A DNA stretch of 58,070 bases, counting the filler, from Sphacelaria rigidula (taxonomy: Eukaryota), in NCBI GenBank assembly GCA_964200075.2. It is 5 parts of 5 records of this genome, joined end to end, with 100 filler letters (N's around TTAATTAATTAA, not from the genome) between each part and the next. Parts side by side here need not be neighbours in the genome. Positions count along the whole stretch, not along the records: positions 23,270 to 34,803 come from CAXNAA020004822.1; positions 34,904 to 46,437 come from CAXNAA020004823.1; 3 more parts are not named here. One strand, given 5' to 3'. The notes beneath the pieces are model-generated. The model saw nothing but the letters and a program-made list of their open reading frames with translations, was not told the DNA's origin and did not search any database. Of the stretch, positions 24,963-36,963 are shown one piece after another (the first letter of the stretch is position 1; every line of letters starts with the position of its first letter). The position numbers and the translations under genes were made by a program.

Positions 24963-25103
24963 CTGGGGGCTCTCTCCGCAGTCATGACACATGGCAGCAA
25001 GAGGGTCGAAGGTGTGGCGCCTGAGGCGGCCCCGACGATGTACGTAGCAGAAGCAGGTATGGCAAAAGTTATCTTTGCATTGGATGCAGTACTTCGTGGC
25101 CAC
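24963..25103 (-). CDS. IQ/WW/B-box protein, exon 6 (B-box zinc finger)
   Basis: CTACAG|GTG...CAG|GTAATG; VATKYCIQCKDNFCHTCFCYVHRRGRLRRHTFDPLAAMCHDCGESPQ. Confidence 0.9.
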
Positions 25104-25772
25104 CTGTAGGACAAACAATGGGGAAGCTTTTTGTATTTTCGAAGGGAAACGTCGCTTGTAGCATTTTGTGATCATGTGCCCACCTCGTATCTAAAGACTT
25201 TAGCATAATAAGCTGACTGGTTGTGGTGTAGGACGGCATTCACACACATGATGATCTCAGCAACCCGGAAGTGTGGTTGGCGGTAAAAAAATCGAGTAGT
25301 AGTGGGGAAATGTGGACAGATCGGAGGTGCTTTTTTTCTAGTATGCTGACCTCGTCTGTTTTGACCTCTACAGCATAACCCTTAGCATGATTGTGTTGTC
25401 CACGCACAGATTGTGACTTGGGCTTCGTTTCACCACACTGCCGAGCAAGGAACGGAAAACGCTGAAGCCCGATCAAGTTGGCTGAGGGCACGGACCTTGC
25501 ACAGACCCCGTACATTAAAACAGGGTTGTCGCTGTGGTTGCTACGGTAGTGCCTGGACCAGCAAGACCAGCACGCACGAGGATTTCCCACCCCACGCTAT
25601 ATCTTGTAGCAAGCAGTAGGTACTAGCAATGAAGTAGGGCCAAAGGGCCCCTTCGGAGCATCGCTTCCACGGAAAAGTTCGTTGCATCGGGCATCGGCGA
25701 CACCTACAGTACTGTACTTCCCGGGAGGGTGCGTGCATGTGGCGCGCTCGTGATGGTCCTACCCCGTGTCAC

Positions 25773-25893
25773 CTGAAACTGGCACTCGTCGCACGAATCA
25801 ATCAGTACCCTTAGATGTTTCTTGGTTTTTGCTGTGCGATGTAAGCGCGCGGCGCAAGGGTCGCAAAACATGTCGTCGCAGTCTCCACACATC
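25773..25893 (-). CDS. IQ/WW/B-box protein, exon 5 (B-box zinc finger)
   Basis: CCCAG|G ATG...CAG|GTGACA; MCGDCDDMFCDPCAARLHRTAKTKKHLRVLIDSCDECQFQ. Confidence 0.9.
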
Positions 25894-26104
25894 CTGGGAA
25901 CGGGTACAGCAGTGCGGACGTGCACCACAAGTGAAAGCAAGGCATCGGGAGTTTAACGATGGAATGGGGTACGAGGCGCTTTCGGGGTGTCAGCTGCCAT
26001 TTTTTCCATCGGTAGAAACGTCATATTTTGTATTTTCCCATTCGCCCAGCCCAACGGGAATAAGTACATCGTTGGCGTATTGTTTAGTTTGACGCTCCCG
26101 AATC

Positions 26105-26335
26105 AATACGCGGGTCCAAGGCATGTCAAGCAGGCTGCTGCGAACGCAGCAACGCTCTTGCTTCCGGGCGGCATCGACGAGTTACACCCATACGCACCAA
26201 CAATCAGAGCCAAAACGCCTGATTGCATATCTCTGGTCTACACGTCCTAGAACGTTGGAGCGGGTCCTCGGGTTGAAACCACATCGCGTGAAAACCGGTC
26301 TTGGATCGATGCGCTGCCACCACCATTTCTGTACG
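26105..26335 (-). pseudogene. Fossil exon(s): WW domain plus first half of a B-box
   Basis: With small indels it reads WQRIDPKTGFHAMWFNPRT...CRPE...FGSD...MPPGSKS...CLTC, paralleling the intact exons 3-4. Confidence 0.5.
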
Positions 26336-26949
26336 GCAACAAAAAACATCATGATCTTGCTTCGATGTGCAAGCTCCATCTGGGGTAAAAATACATTCAT
26401 CTGGAATACGCGCATCCACCTGGGGCCTCACGTCCATCCCGATTGTCCATCTATAGTAGGGACGCCCATCGCGGCGTATACTGCACGACGATATACCACC
26501 ACGCACTACCGGAGGCGTGTGCCGCCCTACCATTAGTTCGTCTACTAACAAGAATCTGCAGGAAAATAAATTGCCGATAAGAAAATCCTGGTTTGGCAAT
26601 TGAGATGTTTTAGATGACGTCCACAGCCGACTTTACTCTAATCCTAGATCCGGGTGGACACTACAGATGGATGTCGACATCCCACAAGAGTGTAGCAGAT
26701 GGAGGTCCCAGATGGAGGTCCCAGATGGAGATCCTAGATGAATATCCATGTCCCAGATGGCTCTCGCACGTCCGTGCAGGGGTTGCCGAATCTGCACTGT
26801 GCACGCCACAAATCCGAGCCCTCTTCTATCGCGTAAATCAACATTTCACAAACAGGTCCCTAGAGAGAGTATGTGGTGTTTGCTTTCGTGTGGCCCTGGC
26901 TTGAGAGCACTTGAGGCTTTGGAGTAAAACGACAAAAGGGGCTAATCCG

Positions 26950-27125
26950 CGGATGACCAAGCACCATTTTCACGACGGCGTCGTTGGCACGGGGGAGCGC
27001 CACTTCGAATGCGACCTCTCGATCATGGCGAAAAATAGAGAGTACACTTGCTCAAGTCAAAAGGGCTGCAAAGCATGATGAAGGATCCTACATCGCTTCA
27101 GTGCATGTTCGACAGTACAATGTAG
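26950..27125 (-). pseudogene. Fossil exon: second half of a B-box
   Basis: LYCRTCTEAM*DPSSCFAALLT*...FRHDRE...ANDAVVKM; a CxxC...C pattern with stops. Confidence 0.45.
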
Positions 27126-27664
27126 AGGTAGGGGCCCACACACAGATAGATTGACTGATACAACAAGTACCGGCCAGAAATCCTAACTGTTAGCCAGCGA
27201 TAACGGTTTTACACTAGATCATATAGCTTTGAAAATGTGTACGAACTCGTAACGAGGGGGGGCGGGGATGGGGGAGGGCAGCGGAGGGTGGGGGGAGTGA
27301 CATCGAGAATACCGACTATAGGGACTATAGGGACTATAGGGGGAAGTTCCCGCAATCGTCTATAAAGAACCACACACCCTGTTCACAGTATGGTCAGTTA
27401 GGATACTATGCATGGTGTAGTTCGAAGCACAAGATAAATAGTACGGATAAATGTGACACTCCGTGTACAGTAAGCCTGAGATGAGGTCGGACAGAGAGAC
27501 TCTACTAACCCGGCCGTACATGATGAGCATCTGCTTCATTCCAAAGGCCTGGTACCGACCTTAACTGAATCTGCAGCAACGGATGAATGCGCATAAAAGG
27601 GGCGCCATGCAGTAGTGTTTTTTTTCACTCAAACACTGTGGCATGCCGAGTTGTAGTGACTCAC

Positions 27665-27794
27665 TCCGTGGCCAGCTCCAGCCCACACTCTCGGCACATG
27701 AGCACTAATAGCGGTTCGTCTCCCGCCGGCATGACGATCGCCGTGGGGATATCGAACTTGCCCAGGACGGCTGGTTTTGTCCACGACGATTTTC
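27665..27794 (-). CDS. IQ/WW/B-box protein, exon 4 (end of WW, start of B-box)
   Basis: CCCAAG|GA AAA...ACG GA|GTGAGT; (G)KSSWTKPAVLGKFDIPTAIVMPAGDEPLLVLMCRECGLELAT(E); not in the ORF track; phases fit both neighbouring exons. Confidence 0.85.
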
Positions 27795-28074
27795 CTTGGG
27801 TTTTCGTGGGCAACCCGAGACGTCACGTTTGGTTGCGTTATAGCGTCGAACATCGAGTAAGTACGCTTCAGGATACTGCCGAAATAGAAGCAACACCGTG
27901 CAGGGAAAGTGTACTGTGGTGATGGGGGAGGCGGGGGAGGCGGGGGAGACGTATCTGCAGGCACTCCGCCGATACCCCCATCAAGTTGGGATGTTCGGAA
28001 TAAATAAAAACAGATCCTTGCAACCAGAGTTTTCCCCCGCTCCTCTCTCAGAATTTTCCAGAAATGTTTCTCAC

Positions 28075-28184
28075 CTGTCTTGGGATTGAAGTAGTATTCT
28101 GCCCCCGAGGGGGTATCAATGCAGCGGTAGTAACGCTTCAGAGCAAGCTTGGCCATGCGCGTGGAAGCTAGGCATATCCGAAAC
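28075..28184 (-). CDS. IQ/WW/B-box protein, exon 3 (IQ end, WW start)
   Basis: CTCAGCAG|G TTT...ACA G|GTGAG; FRICLASTRMAKLALKRYYRCIDTPSGAEYYFNPKT(G). Confidence 0.9.
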
Positions 28185-28328
28185 CTGCTGAGAGAAAATA
28201 TAACATCGCAAATATAAGACTTCCTCACCAATGATACACCTGATAGAGCATCGAAACTAAATTATCCCGTCAAGTGCGATAAATGTAATGGATCGCGACG
28301 AACGTTTCTTTGTTTACTTTTAACATCT

Positions 28329-28719
28329 GAGTCATGCTACGATAGGGGGAGTCGGGAGGGGTATTTTGGGCTGTTTTCTCAGACCAAATTCTATAGTTGT
28401 CGTTGACAGCAGCAACGGTAGTTTGAACGCGCTTGCTTCCGGTTTGTAACGCTCATTCGCACTGTTTGGCATCCCTTTTACCCAAATACAAGCGCACCGC
28501 GAGTGTATTAGGTCATCTGACGCACTCATGAGCCCATTTTTTCGTGGAATCGAACAAACCCCCCCCCCCCCCCCCCCAAAAAAACCCCACCCCCCACCAC
28601 CACACCACCCAGAACTCAATTCCNNNNNNNNNNGTGGGGTGTGTGAGTCGGCGTGCTCCTGCGATCGTTTTTTTGGGGGGGGGGCCCCCCCCCCCCCCCC
28701 CCCTAAGGTAGCATGACAC
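28329..28719 (+). mobile_element. Sola-like non-autonomous element (GAG terminus, 4-bp TSD)
   Basis: GAGTCATGCTACGATAGGGG...CCCTAAGGTAGCATGACAC; ATCT duplicated at 28325-28328 and 28720-28723; body shared with 50333-50729; contains a 10-N gap. Confidence 0.75.
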
Positions 28720-28910
28720 ATCTGTGTACACACACGTGTCCTGTTGTTCGATTTCATTGTTGAACACGGCTGAGCACGTGGGGGGATCCGTTAATTTGCG
28801 AGAACCCGTGAAGCTATCATTTTTTGCATCAATTTTCTTATTTTAGTGTATACTGCTACCGGATGAGCGGTGTCTTTGGGATGCGTATAACGACAGTACA
28901 TTTTTCGTGC

Positions 28911-29110
28911 CTCTTCTGCATCAAAAGAATCGCCCACTCCATCTTCGTCATTTCCCTTGCTCGTCTCCTACCCTCGGACGCTTCCCTCGCCTTGGCTCTC
29001 CCGCGACAACCCCTTGCCACAGTCGACTGAACCTTGACGGCGGCGGCGTCAAGCTGACGGAGGGCTCTCTGCTCCGCTCCCCCCCCTTCCGTTTGAAGTT
29101 CAGAGCATGC
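28911..29110 (-). CDS. IQ/WW/B-box protein, exon 2 (IQ motifs)
   Basis: ATTAG|GCA TGC...; ACSELQTEGGGAEQRALRQLDAAAVKVQSTVARGCRGRAKARE...WAILLMQK(R); needs a GC donor (AG|GCACGA). Confidence 0.75.
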
Positions 29111-30985
29111 CTAATATTTTTATGCACAGGGTATTGTAAAAGCAACCATGGCGAGCTTCTGTTGTTGACTCAGACAACACAAATCAGACGCTTCTTCCGG
29201 TAAATTGCTTAGAGAGTGCTTCTTGAGGGGCGATGCACTTGTCTGTCACTGGTAGTTGGCGCATGACTCGATGTACCTCCTGCAATGTAGTAGCCGGTTC
29301 CCTTTTGTACAGAATCCCCCACACACATACGTACACAGGGCGACAATTCAATAAGATCGGTTGGGAAAAAGAAAAATATTTTTCAGCATACTTTTCTCGA
29401 CTGACACCAACTCCTTTTTTCTGTAAAGAATGTAGTTGCCGCGGGCAAAGCTTGCGTCATCGGGCGGCACAAGTGAACGCTGAAGAGGTATCAGGTAAAA
29501 CTATTGATCTCATTGTTTGTCACAACCGAGCGCAGCGTATTTTTCCCGGGCTTTGGACTTGACCGTTCGGTGTTGTCTACGTAGAGCGACCAGCCGTTGA
29601 ACAATGCAATCCTGATGGCGGGTTTAATCCTTTTGGTCCGGGAGCTGAGAACGATCAAATGGAGTTTGGGGGGCACCTGGTGCTGGTACGTCCCGTGCTT
29701 ATCCTGTCGATTATGTAGGAGGCAAGGATACTCCTGTGGCGGTACACTGACGACTTTCCTTGGACCCGCAAACGAGGCGAACACTCGCACCGAGCAGCGT
29801 TGGCCTGTGATCAGGCCCCCGGCAGCATATCTTGTCAGCTGTTGGTTCACAGAGGATGGATCCTCGGCTTTGACCTAACTCCCTAAATTTGACAAAACAA
29901 AAGCTACTGTTGACGATTTGGTTGTCGTCTGAAACCGTAGTAACAAGTCACCAGGTAAGCCGCAAGTACCGTGTTACGGAGTGTTACAGCGAGGGTTTTA
30001 CGTGCCTGTTCCTCAGGCCAACTAGCCTGCACCTCGTGTGCATAGTGGTAGCCATGGGGCACAGTGCGCTGTAACTCTATCGCTTCAAAAAGCACTTGAC
30101 GGGTTGAGTTATACGAAACAAAACAGTGGCGTAGTGGCTTTCACATGTATTTTTCATAGTATGTACATATATAAAGCTATGTTTATGTCTTGTTCCTTCT
30201 ACATTGCCCTCCTCCTTTTTTGGTCAGCATATCTATTTTTTTTTCGTTTTGAGGGTCGGGTTTTCGCGCTCTTCGTCTTATTTCCGTTCTTTCTCTCTTT
30301 CCTTTTTTTTTTTCCCTTTCCCTGTTTTGTTTTTAACCCGTTTGTTGCTCAGTCTACTTCCGTTTTATTCCACCTCTTCTTCCCCTTCTCCCTCCTCCGA
30401 GTGTCCTCCTGTAGCGAATGTTTCCGTGGTGTTTCCCTTGGGTACGTCAGTCTTGTGGACGACTGCATAAATCGGGAACGATTTTGTATTGTGCGACGCT
30501 AAGTGAGTGATTGATTGATTTCGATTGATTGTCGCACTTTACCTGACCCCCCAGGGATTCAGCCGTGGTCTCGTGATGAACATACCGAAGGAAAAGGAAA
30601 CTGAAACACGCTCTGAAGAAAGGAAGGAACAGAAGAAAAAAACAACGTCGAACAGAACGACATAGCAGACCAAGTCGTAACAAAAAAAAAAAAAATCAAC
30701 ACAAGCAAAGCACAGAAAGAAAAGGCCGACCTAAAACAAGAAAAAAAAAAAAGGAAAAGAAGAGGAAAGTCAAGAGCAAAAAAAAAAAAAAGTGAGTGAG
30801 TATAAATGTATAAGAGTGGAGGAATACGGGTATAACGTAGTAGTCATGGGCGGCACTCCAAATTGAACCGTGCAGAAGGAATTCTCGTGGCGGCATTATT
30901 ACAATACAACAAATTGCCAAAAAGCAACAAACAACTCTTAATCAGAAAAAAAAAAAAACATGTTGTGTTCGACAGGCGCACGCAC

Positions 30986-31236
30986 CTCCTTCCCGACCTC
31001 GGACTTGACCAAAACATATTTGGTGAGTAGGACGAGCAACCGTTGATCGTCCCGTCGAAACAAGCCGCCTCGCCCTTCCACAGTCACACTGCCCTCGTGA
31101 CGACCGCCGTCTCCGCCGCCGCTCTCCGCGCCGGCGACCGTGGTGCGCTGCGCCAGAGCCATCGCTGCGGCTGCGTCCGCAGCTTTGCGTACGTCCGGGT
31201 GCTGCAAGGCGATGTCTTCCAGTGCCGCAAGGAAGT
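30986..31236 (-). CDS. IQ/WW/B-box protein, exon 1 in window (possible end of a p25alpha/TPPP-like domain)
   Basis: TTCAG|AC TTC...GAG|GTGCGT; (D)FLAALEDIALQHPDVRKAADAAAAM...LLVLLTKYVLVKSEVGKE; phase 0 joins exon 2. Confidence 0.8.
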
Positions 31237-31324
31237 CTGAATATACTAGATGATTTTGATCCTGAATAAACCAAACGAGGCGGTGCGGAAATATTGAGGC
31301 AGGTGTTCTTCGTCACACTGTCGA

Positions 31325-31540
31325 TCCTTGTCCTTCATCGGAAGCAAGTCTGTAGCCTCAAGGGAGCAAGTCATCTCTCCCCGCCGCACACGCCCTTGTT
31401 TTTTTTAGAGGTGTCGCGGCTGGATCAGCACTCGCGCACCGCGTCGACTTTCGCCGAATATGTTTCTCTGCTACTCAAGCCTTCGCGTTTTCGGGGACGG
31501 AAGTCAGTGTCTCTCAGGAGGGAAACTCTGAACCCACATC
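31325..31540 (-). mobile_element. Diverged SINE family 1 copy
   Basis: CTCAAGGGA...CATCTCTCCCC...TCGCGGCTGGATCAGCACTCGCGCACCGCGTC matches the family body. Confidence 0.65.
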
Positions 31541-31636
31541 TCACGCGACGCGGACCCGCAATTTTCCGCCGTAACGGTTTCTGGCTGTATCCGTAACCTA
31601 CCGCCGTGACGGGTTTTAGCAGTGCGTTAAACCAAA

Positions 31637-32204
31637 ACACGGGGTTTTACAAAATGGGGGATGTAGTTTTGCGGGGGGATGGACGAGGTCAAAAGTTGGA
31701 CCGGAAAATGCAAAAACGAGTGTTTGGAAATAGTTTTCTTCACTTGTCGGGTAGTCCCCCGAGGTTTCGGAGGTAGTCAATTAAAAGTGTCCGTGGGAGG
31801 ACATCGTTTGTTTTCCTGCGATCCGACCGGATCCCACAGGTGAAAAACGTCCGTAGCATCCGTGTAGCATTTTTTTTTTTATTGGTAAAAACGCAAATTA
31901 TTTTCTAGATTCATTCATTTTTCATTTTAACTCGCCGTTGGATCTGCTTGGGACGTTGTGAGGCCCACGAAAACTACTGGAGGTTCTGAAATCACGCATG
32001 TACATGAAAAACACAACATAAAATTAAATTAGATTCGATGTTCGGAGATAATTTTTAAAACCCAACGTGCAACAACCAACCCGCTTACGGTACACGGCGG
32101 TCCGCAGGGATACCCCGAAATAGCTTCTGCACTTTTCAGTCCCACTTTTGACGTTGTGTCCATCCCCGAAAACAAGTCCATTCCCAATTTGTAAAATCCC
32201 GTGT
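31637..32204. mobile_element. MITE sharing termini with family C
   Basis: ACACGGGGTTTTACAAAATGGG pairs with CCCAATTTGTAAAATCCCGTGT; the interior differs from 20098-20536. Confidence 0.75.
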
Positions 32205-32319
32205 TACATGCTCAAGTATTTTTTCACCATCGGGGTGCAGCGGGTTAGGTAAGCATGTCCTCGTTTTCGGGTGTACATGAAGTGGTGAGGCGTTCTTGTA
32301 TTGGCAAATTGGCGATTTG

Positions 32320-32500
32320 GTCAGCTATGGCTCTTTGTGGAGTAGCTCTGGGGAAGCGGTTTTGCTTTATTTGAGGTGGGGAATTGTACAGAAGATGAGT
32401 GTGGTATCCGCGGTAGCGAGACTTGCAACAAGGAGCGGGGAGGGCAATTGCGCGGGCGCGAGGGTACGGAGAGGACAATCCCTCCAGATTCTAGATTCTC
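32320..32500 (-). pseudogene. Decayed p25alpha/TPPP-like exon
   Basis: IWRDCP...LLVASLATADTTLIF, then after a frameshift NKAKP; resembles the p25alpha pattern (RDC..L...T.TDVDLIF.K.K) and lies upstream of the FLAALEDIA exon. Confidence 0.4.
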
Positions 32501-33289
32501 GCGGACTGCTCGCACTGCGATGGTCAAGAGCACCTTTTACTACGTCTGTGCGTTGTGTATTGTTCGTGGGGGAACTTCTTAGGGTATTGATTTGGTCGTT
32601 TTGGCGGTGACGGCCTGTTATGTTTGTGAAGAGTAATTCTTGGGTGGCATTTGAGATCTGTTCCCGGTGGTGCGTTTTGCATCTTAAATTGAAGCACGGA
32701 TGGAGAGAGGTTGTGTGATGTTTAGGGTACAATATGACCTACCACAGCAAAGGCTTGTGCTGTCTTACATGATGATGACGGGGGAAAGGGAAGCAACAAG
32801 GGGGCACGAAAAACGGGTCTGATGACACAGGGGATAAATTTTATGTGTTGTTCCTGGTCCTCAGTCAACACACGTGATCGCAGATAGGCGGTAACGATGC
32901 GATGCCATGTTGTATCAAGTTGACATTCCAACATTTTTCAAAACTCGAAGTAGACAATAAACTACTGGTACAACACTAATGTCACGCATCCGCCACCGTC
33001 GTGTCTCATCCAGAATTATTTTTAACATCCGGCTCAACTGGGGAGATACTCGAGATGCCACAGCAAGCATTCAAGCATACGTTGACCCCCCCCTTGACAG
33101 CCAATGTCGCTATTTCCCAATAGATTTGTGTGTGTGTGCTGTCGTCCCATCTAATCTGGATGCCTGCCCACACCGTTCGGTATATGAGGGCGCATCAGCC
33201 GGGTCACACAGGAGGAAGGGCAACAGAGGATATATTTTTTGTTTTTTGTTTTATTTCCCCACCTTTCTTCTGCGGTGCTTACCGTTTTT

Positions 33290-33575
33290 TCACGGTGCGG
33301 ACGAATCATCGCCGGTTCAAATATTCGAATTCACGATTTTTCAGGCCTAGTTGCAGAAAGAGAGGGAAAAGTGGACCGTTGATCAAAAAGATCTCCACGC
33401 AATTTTTACGCCATTCCACGTGCCATTCCACGTGCCATTCCACGTGCCATTCCACGTGCCTGGGCTGTGCGTACCTGGGTCGCAACGCTGAAAAGAAGGG
33501 CTAAGGATTGACTCGTACGGTACGAATCAACGACACTAAAATCAAGTGAATTCCAGACGAATCACTCGTTCGTCT
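33290..33575 (+). mobile_element. Short MITE family D with internal 12-bp tandem expansion
   Basis: Inverted copy at 48432-48690; ends carry GGACGAAT/TTCGTC; CCATTCCACGTG occurs x4 here and once in the other copy. Confidence 0.75.
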
Positions 33576-34469
33576 TACCCTTGCTTTCTTCTTCATCGCG
33601 AGAGGGATTCAGCAGTCCCTTTTCCCTCGTCGGCCATTAAGTCGAAGTGGTACGCTGAGAGAATACCTTTTTTAGGGACGCTTCTACCTTACGCTACGCC
33701 TCAGTACGAATTCAACCCTTGATCCCCAAGTCGAAACGGCAACCTGATTCAGCACTCCGAACTTTGATGCTCGTTCGGGGTCACCTTTGAAGGGGGCGCT
33801 GATCATGTCGCATGATGACTCAGCAAATACAAAACGGCACGTGCAACGTATAGCCTCTGCCAGACGATCTGGACAAGAGGACTGTTCACGAGAAACTTCT
33901 CCAGTAGCATTGGCCTCGTGCTCGATAAGTCCTTTCATCTCACTTGTTATTATCACCGAGTGATCCTCTACAGACCACATCAAGAGCCAGACAGCAAGCG
34001 GCCACATAGATGAGGGTCATCAATGCAGGATCCCCCGTCCCCTGCGACTGCTCCAACCATGTTGTTGTTGTTGTTGTTGTCTTCACATTGAAAACCGTTC
34101 CGATATCTGCGCGGTACATTCGTACTGGGCATCTGATGCGGACGCCTTCCGTGGTCACAGGCTAGCAAAAAGACAAAAAAACAAAATAGACTCAGATGAA
34201 AACTCCCAAAAAGCGATACAAGCAGAACAGGGGTAAATAACAAAAAATAAATATTGTACATATGGCTGACCTCAGAAGATCCGGTGCCGCAGGAGGCCAT
34301 TCGGACTTCAGGGGATGTGCATGCGATTATACTGAAACCTACGGCTTGGTATCATTTGGCTACAGCTTCCCCAAAGCGAGTTCAAGACAAACGACCGAGC
34401 TTGACAACCAACAAACACCAAGGCAAAATCGCATGCGCCAGATCACAAAGAAATACCATACTCCGACGC

Positions 34470-34803
34470 TAATTTACTGGTCAGCGCCCGAGTCAACCGC
34501 ATTTTACATAGTTCCTTCAGAACAATTCAGGCGCAGAAGAATGATTCTTGCGAAGAGACTCCCACGTACGTTCTTCAGCACCGAACCCTTCCCAATCGAC
34601 CGAAACAATAACATCACCATTGTCATCCTCAGCGATGTGCACCGAAGCATTCATCCGACATTCACCTTGAGCATACGAATGCTGAAATACACATTCTAGT
34701 TCCGCAGTGATGTGCAACTGCGAGTCAGCATAGAAACGTAAACGAGCGACATGGGCCGAGTACACGGAGCCAGAAACAATGTTCTGCACTAAATACACGT
34801 GAG
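34470..34803 (-). mobile_element. Ty3/gypsy (chromovirus-type) integrase C-terminus plus chromodomain fragment
   Basis: YLVQNIVSG...AHVARLRFY followed by VSVDWEGFGAEERTWESL (chromodomain aromatic pattern); cut by the scaffold end. Confidence 0.85.
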
Positions 34804-34903
34804 NNNNNNNNNNNNNNNNNNNNNNNNNNNNNNNNNNNNNNNNNNNNTTAATTAATTAANNNNNNNNNNNNNNNNNNNNNNNNNNNNNNNNNNNNNNNNN
34901 NNN
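34804..34903. other. Artificial scaffold spacer
   Basis: N44-TTAATTAATTAA-N44. Confidence 0.99.
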
Positions 34904-34948
34904 CGACAGCGTCCGGCCGCCACCGTGCCGACGGGGGGGGGGGGCGTG

Positions 34949-34983
<35 letters not shown>

Positions 34984-35379
34984 CGGCGTACTCATTTGTT
35001 GCTTGCCTTAGTCGTTTGACCATTGACCACGCATCCCTTTCGAGACGGAGAGGGGGGAGCGATGGATACTACCCGCCCAGAGCGGGGTGTGTAATCGGGG
35101 TCCAAATTGCGCAATTTCGCGAGGGCGAATCATACAATGCATCCACACGCGCTATGTCGATCCCGAGGCCGGTAAGAATTGAACGCTAGAGTCATAGCCC
35201 AACGGCGTTCACGTGGCAGTGAATCACCCATCTGTTCGGTTTCGCTCTGGCGTATGTCATACGTTCGAACGAGATGAAAGCATCGAAGCGCGCGATCCGG
35301 CAACTTGAAAACCTGCGCCGCTGTCTTCATGTGTCAGTGTTTCTGTAGGCGGACCTTGAATATACAGCTGTAGTAACGC

Positions 35380-35722
35380 CGCACCGGGGTGGTCTGAATT
35401 AAAATGGTTCAAGTGACACCATTATTAATAGGTTGGGGAAGACGCGGGTTCGATTCCCACCAGATGGGTGTATATTTTTTTCTTTCTCACAATACTATAA
35501 ATAGTATCTGATTTCCGTGAGGACGTACGTGAGAACGTGCGGGAGTAGCAAAAACAGTATGATTGAATGAGTTTGTTAGACGACTGTCCCCGCCGTGCGG
35601 GGGTGTTGGTCATGACCCAATCCGCGAGACCAAGATGTAAGGCATGTACCGGGGGAGAGATGTGTAGATAAATCCCTTGAGATCATGGACTCGGTCGAGG
35701 AAGGAGAGGGGTTAAAATTGCA
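35380..35722 (+). mobile_element. tRNA-derived SINE family 1 copy
   Basis: B box GGTTCGATTCCC at ~35447; body CCAATCCGCGAGACCAA...ATCCCTTGAGA. Confidence 0.75.
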
Positions 35723-36825
35723 ACTGAAACAGAAAGAGGGATCGCACGGCATGACTAGGTGCTACAGCCAAAGAAGGTGGTCCTTGGTTCCTCCTGAACA
35801 AGGTCGCTATCGAAGCCGTGGTGCCGAAGGATCTCCATCAAACGAGGTCTATTGTATCTCGTGATATTTAGGGCAAGGGATTGGCCGTGAGCCTGGGTGG
35901 TCGGCAGTGCGATAGAGCTTGTACAGAACGTCCTCCCAGGCTTTTACGGTGGTTTTGCTCTCCTGAGCTCCTTCTACCGTAAGATATCATTGCCTAGGGC
36001 ACCAGAGATTCGTCTGTACAGATGTTAAGGTGTCGGGACCGCTCACTCATGTCGCTGACGAGCGAGTTCACAGTGGCGTACTCCTTTCCGGTTTACATGC
36101 GTACTGATTGATTGTCGCATTTTAACTCACCCCGTAGGGGTCCAGCCGTGGTCTCGTGATAGACATACCCAAGAAAAACGAAACTGAAAACGCTCCTGAG
36201 GAAAAAATAAAACTGTGTACAGGCATTCATCATGCTCAAAGATATGGTGACTTTCACATTTTCCTTTTTATCAATCATTACTCAATATCGTGCCCCCCCC
36301 TCCCTCCCCCCCCCCCCCCCCCCTCCCTCCTGTCCCTCCCCTTTTTCTTCTTTCTGTTTTTGTTTTTTTTTNNNNNNNNNNCTCTTCCCCCCCCTCCCCC
36401 CCCCCCCCCCCTCGGATACGTCTCTTTCTTCTGTATTTTTGTTTTTCACTTTTTTTTTCTTTATCGCGCGTTCCCGTTTTGTCGACCTGAGGGTCTACCT
36501 TGTGACCACGGCCGGGTCCTTCGGGGATGGGATCAGTGAACGTGAAACAATCAATCAATACAAGACGATCAAGGCACGTTTATGGCAGCTGTGCGTGATT
36601 CATGCCAGCTTCATGCGATCAGTTCCTACTCTCAAAGGGTAATCTTTGTCCATTTGTAAAGCTATGAGGAAAAAGGCGAATGGATAACAAAATGACAACA
36701 TGTCATTAAATCGTACGGAACACTAGCCTATCACGAACCTGCACAATAATACACCCAATGACTCTCTCGTGATGTTTTGCCGCCATGCCTCAATACTCCG
36801 CGTTGTATCTACTCGGCCGCGACAG

Positions 36826-36963
36826 CTACGGGGTGATCTTGTGGGAGGTGCTGTGCAGCAACGGCGCCCTTCCGTGGTCCGGCATCAGCCCTGATGCCCT
36901 TCCGTTCACCCTGAAGTTGGGCAAGCGCCTCAAAATCCCGTCGCGGTGTGCCCGCTTTTACAG
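36826..36963 (+). CDS. Protein kinase (TKL/Tyr-kinase-like) exon, subdomains IX-X
   Basis: CGACAG|C TAC...TAC AG|GTATTC; (S)YGVILWEVLCSNGALPWSGISPDALPFTLKLGKRLKIPSRCARFY(R). Confidence 0.92.

Noticed and set aside
33684-34007. Further upstream exon of the B-box gene
   Set aside because: No recognisable domain and no confident splice sites.
36290-36460. Duplicated poly-C/poly-T blocks around a 10-N gap (similar at 9040-9185 and 28560-28703)
   Set aside because: Low-quality contig ends; probably an assembly overlap artefact.
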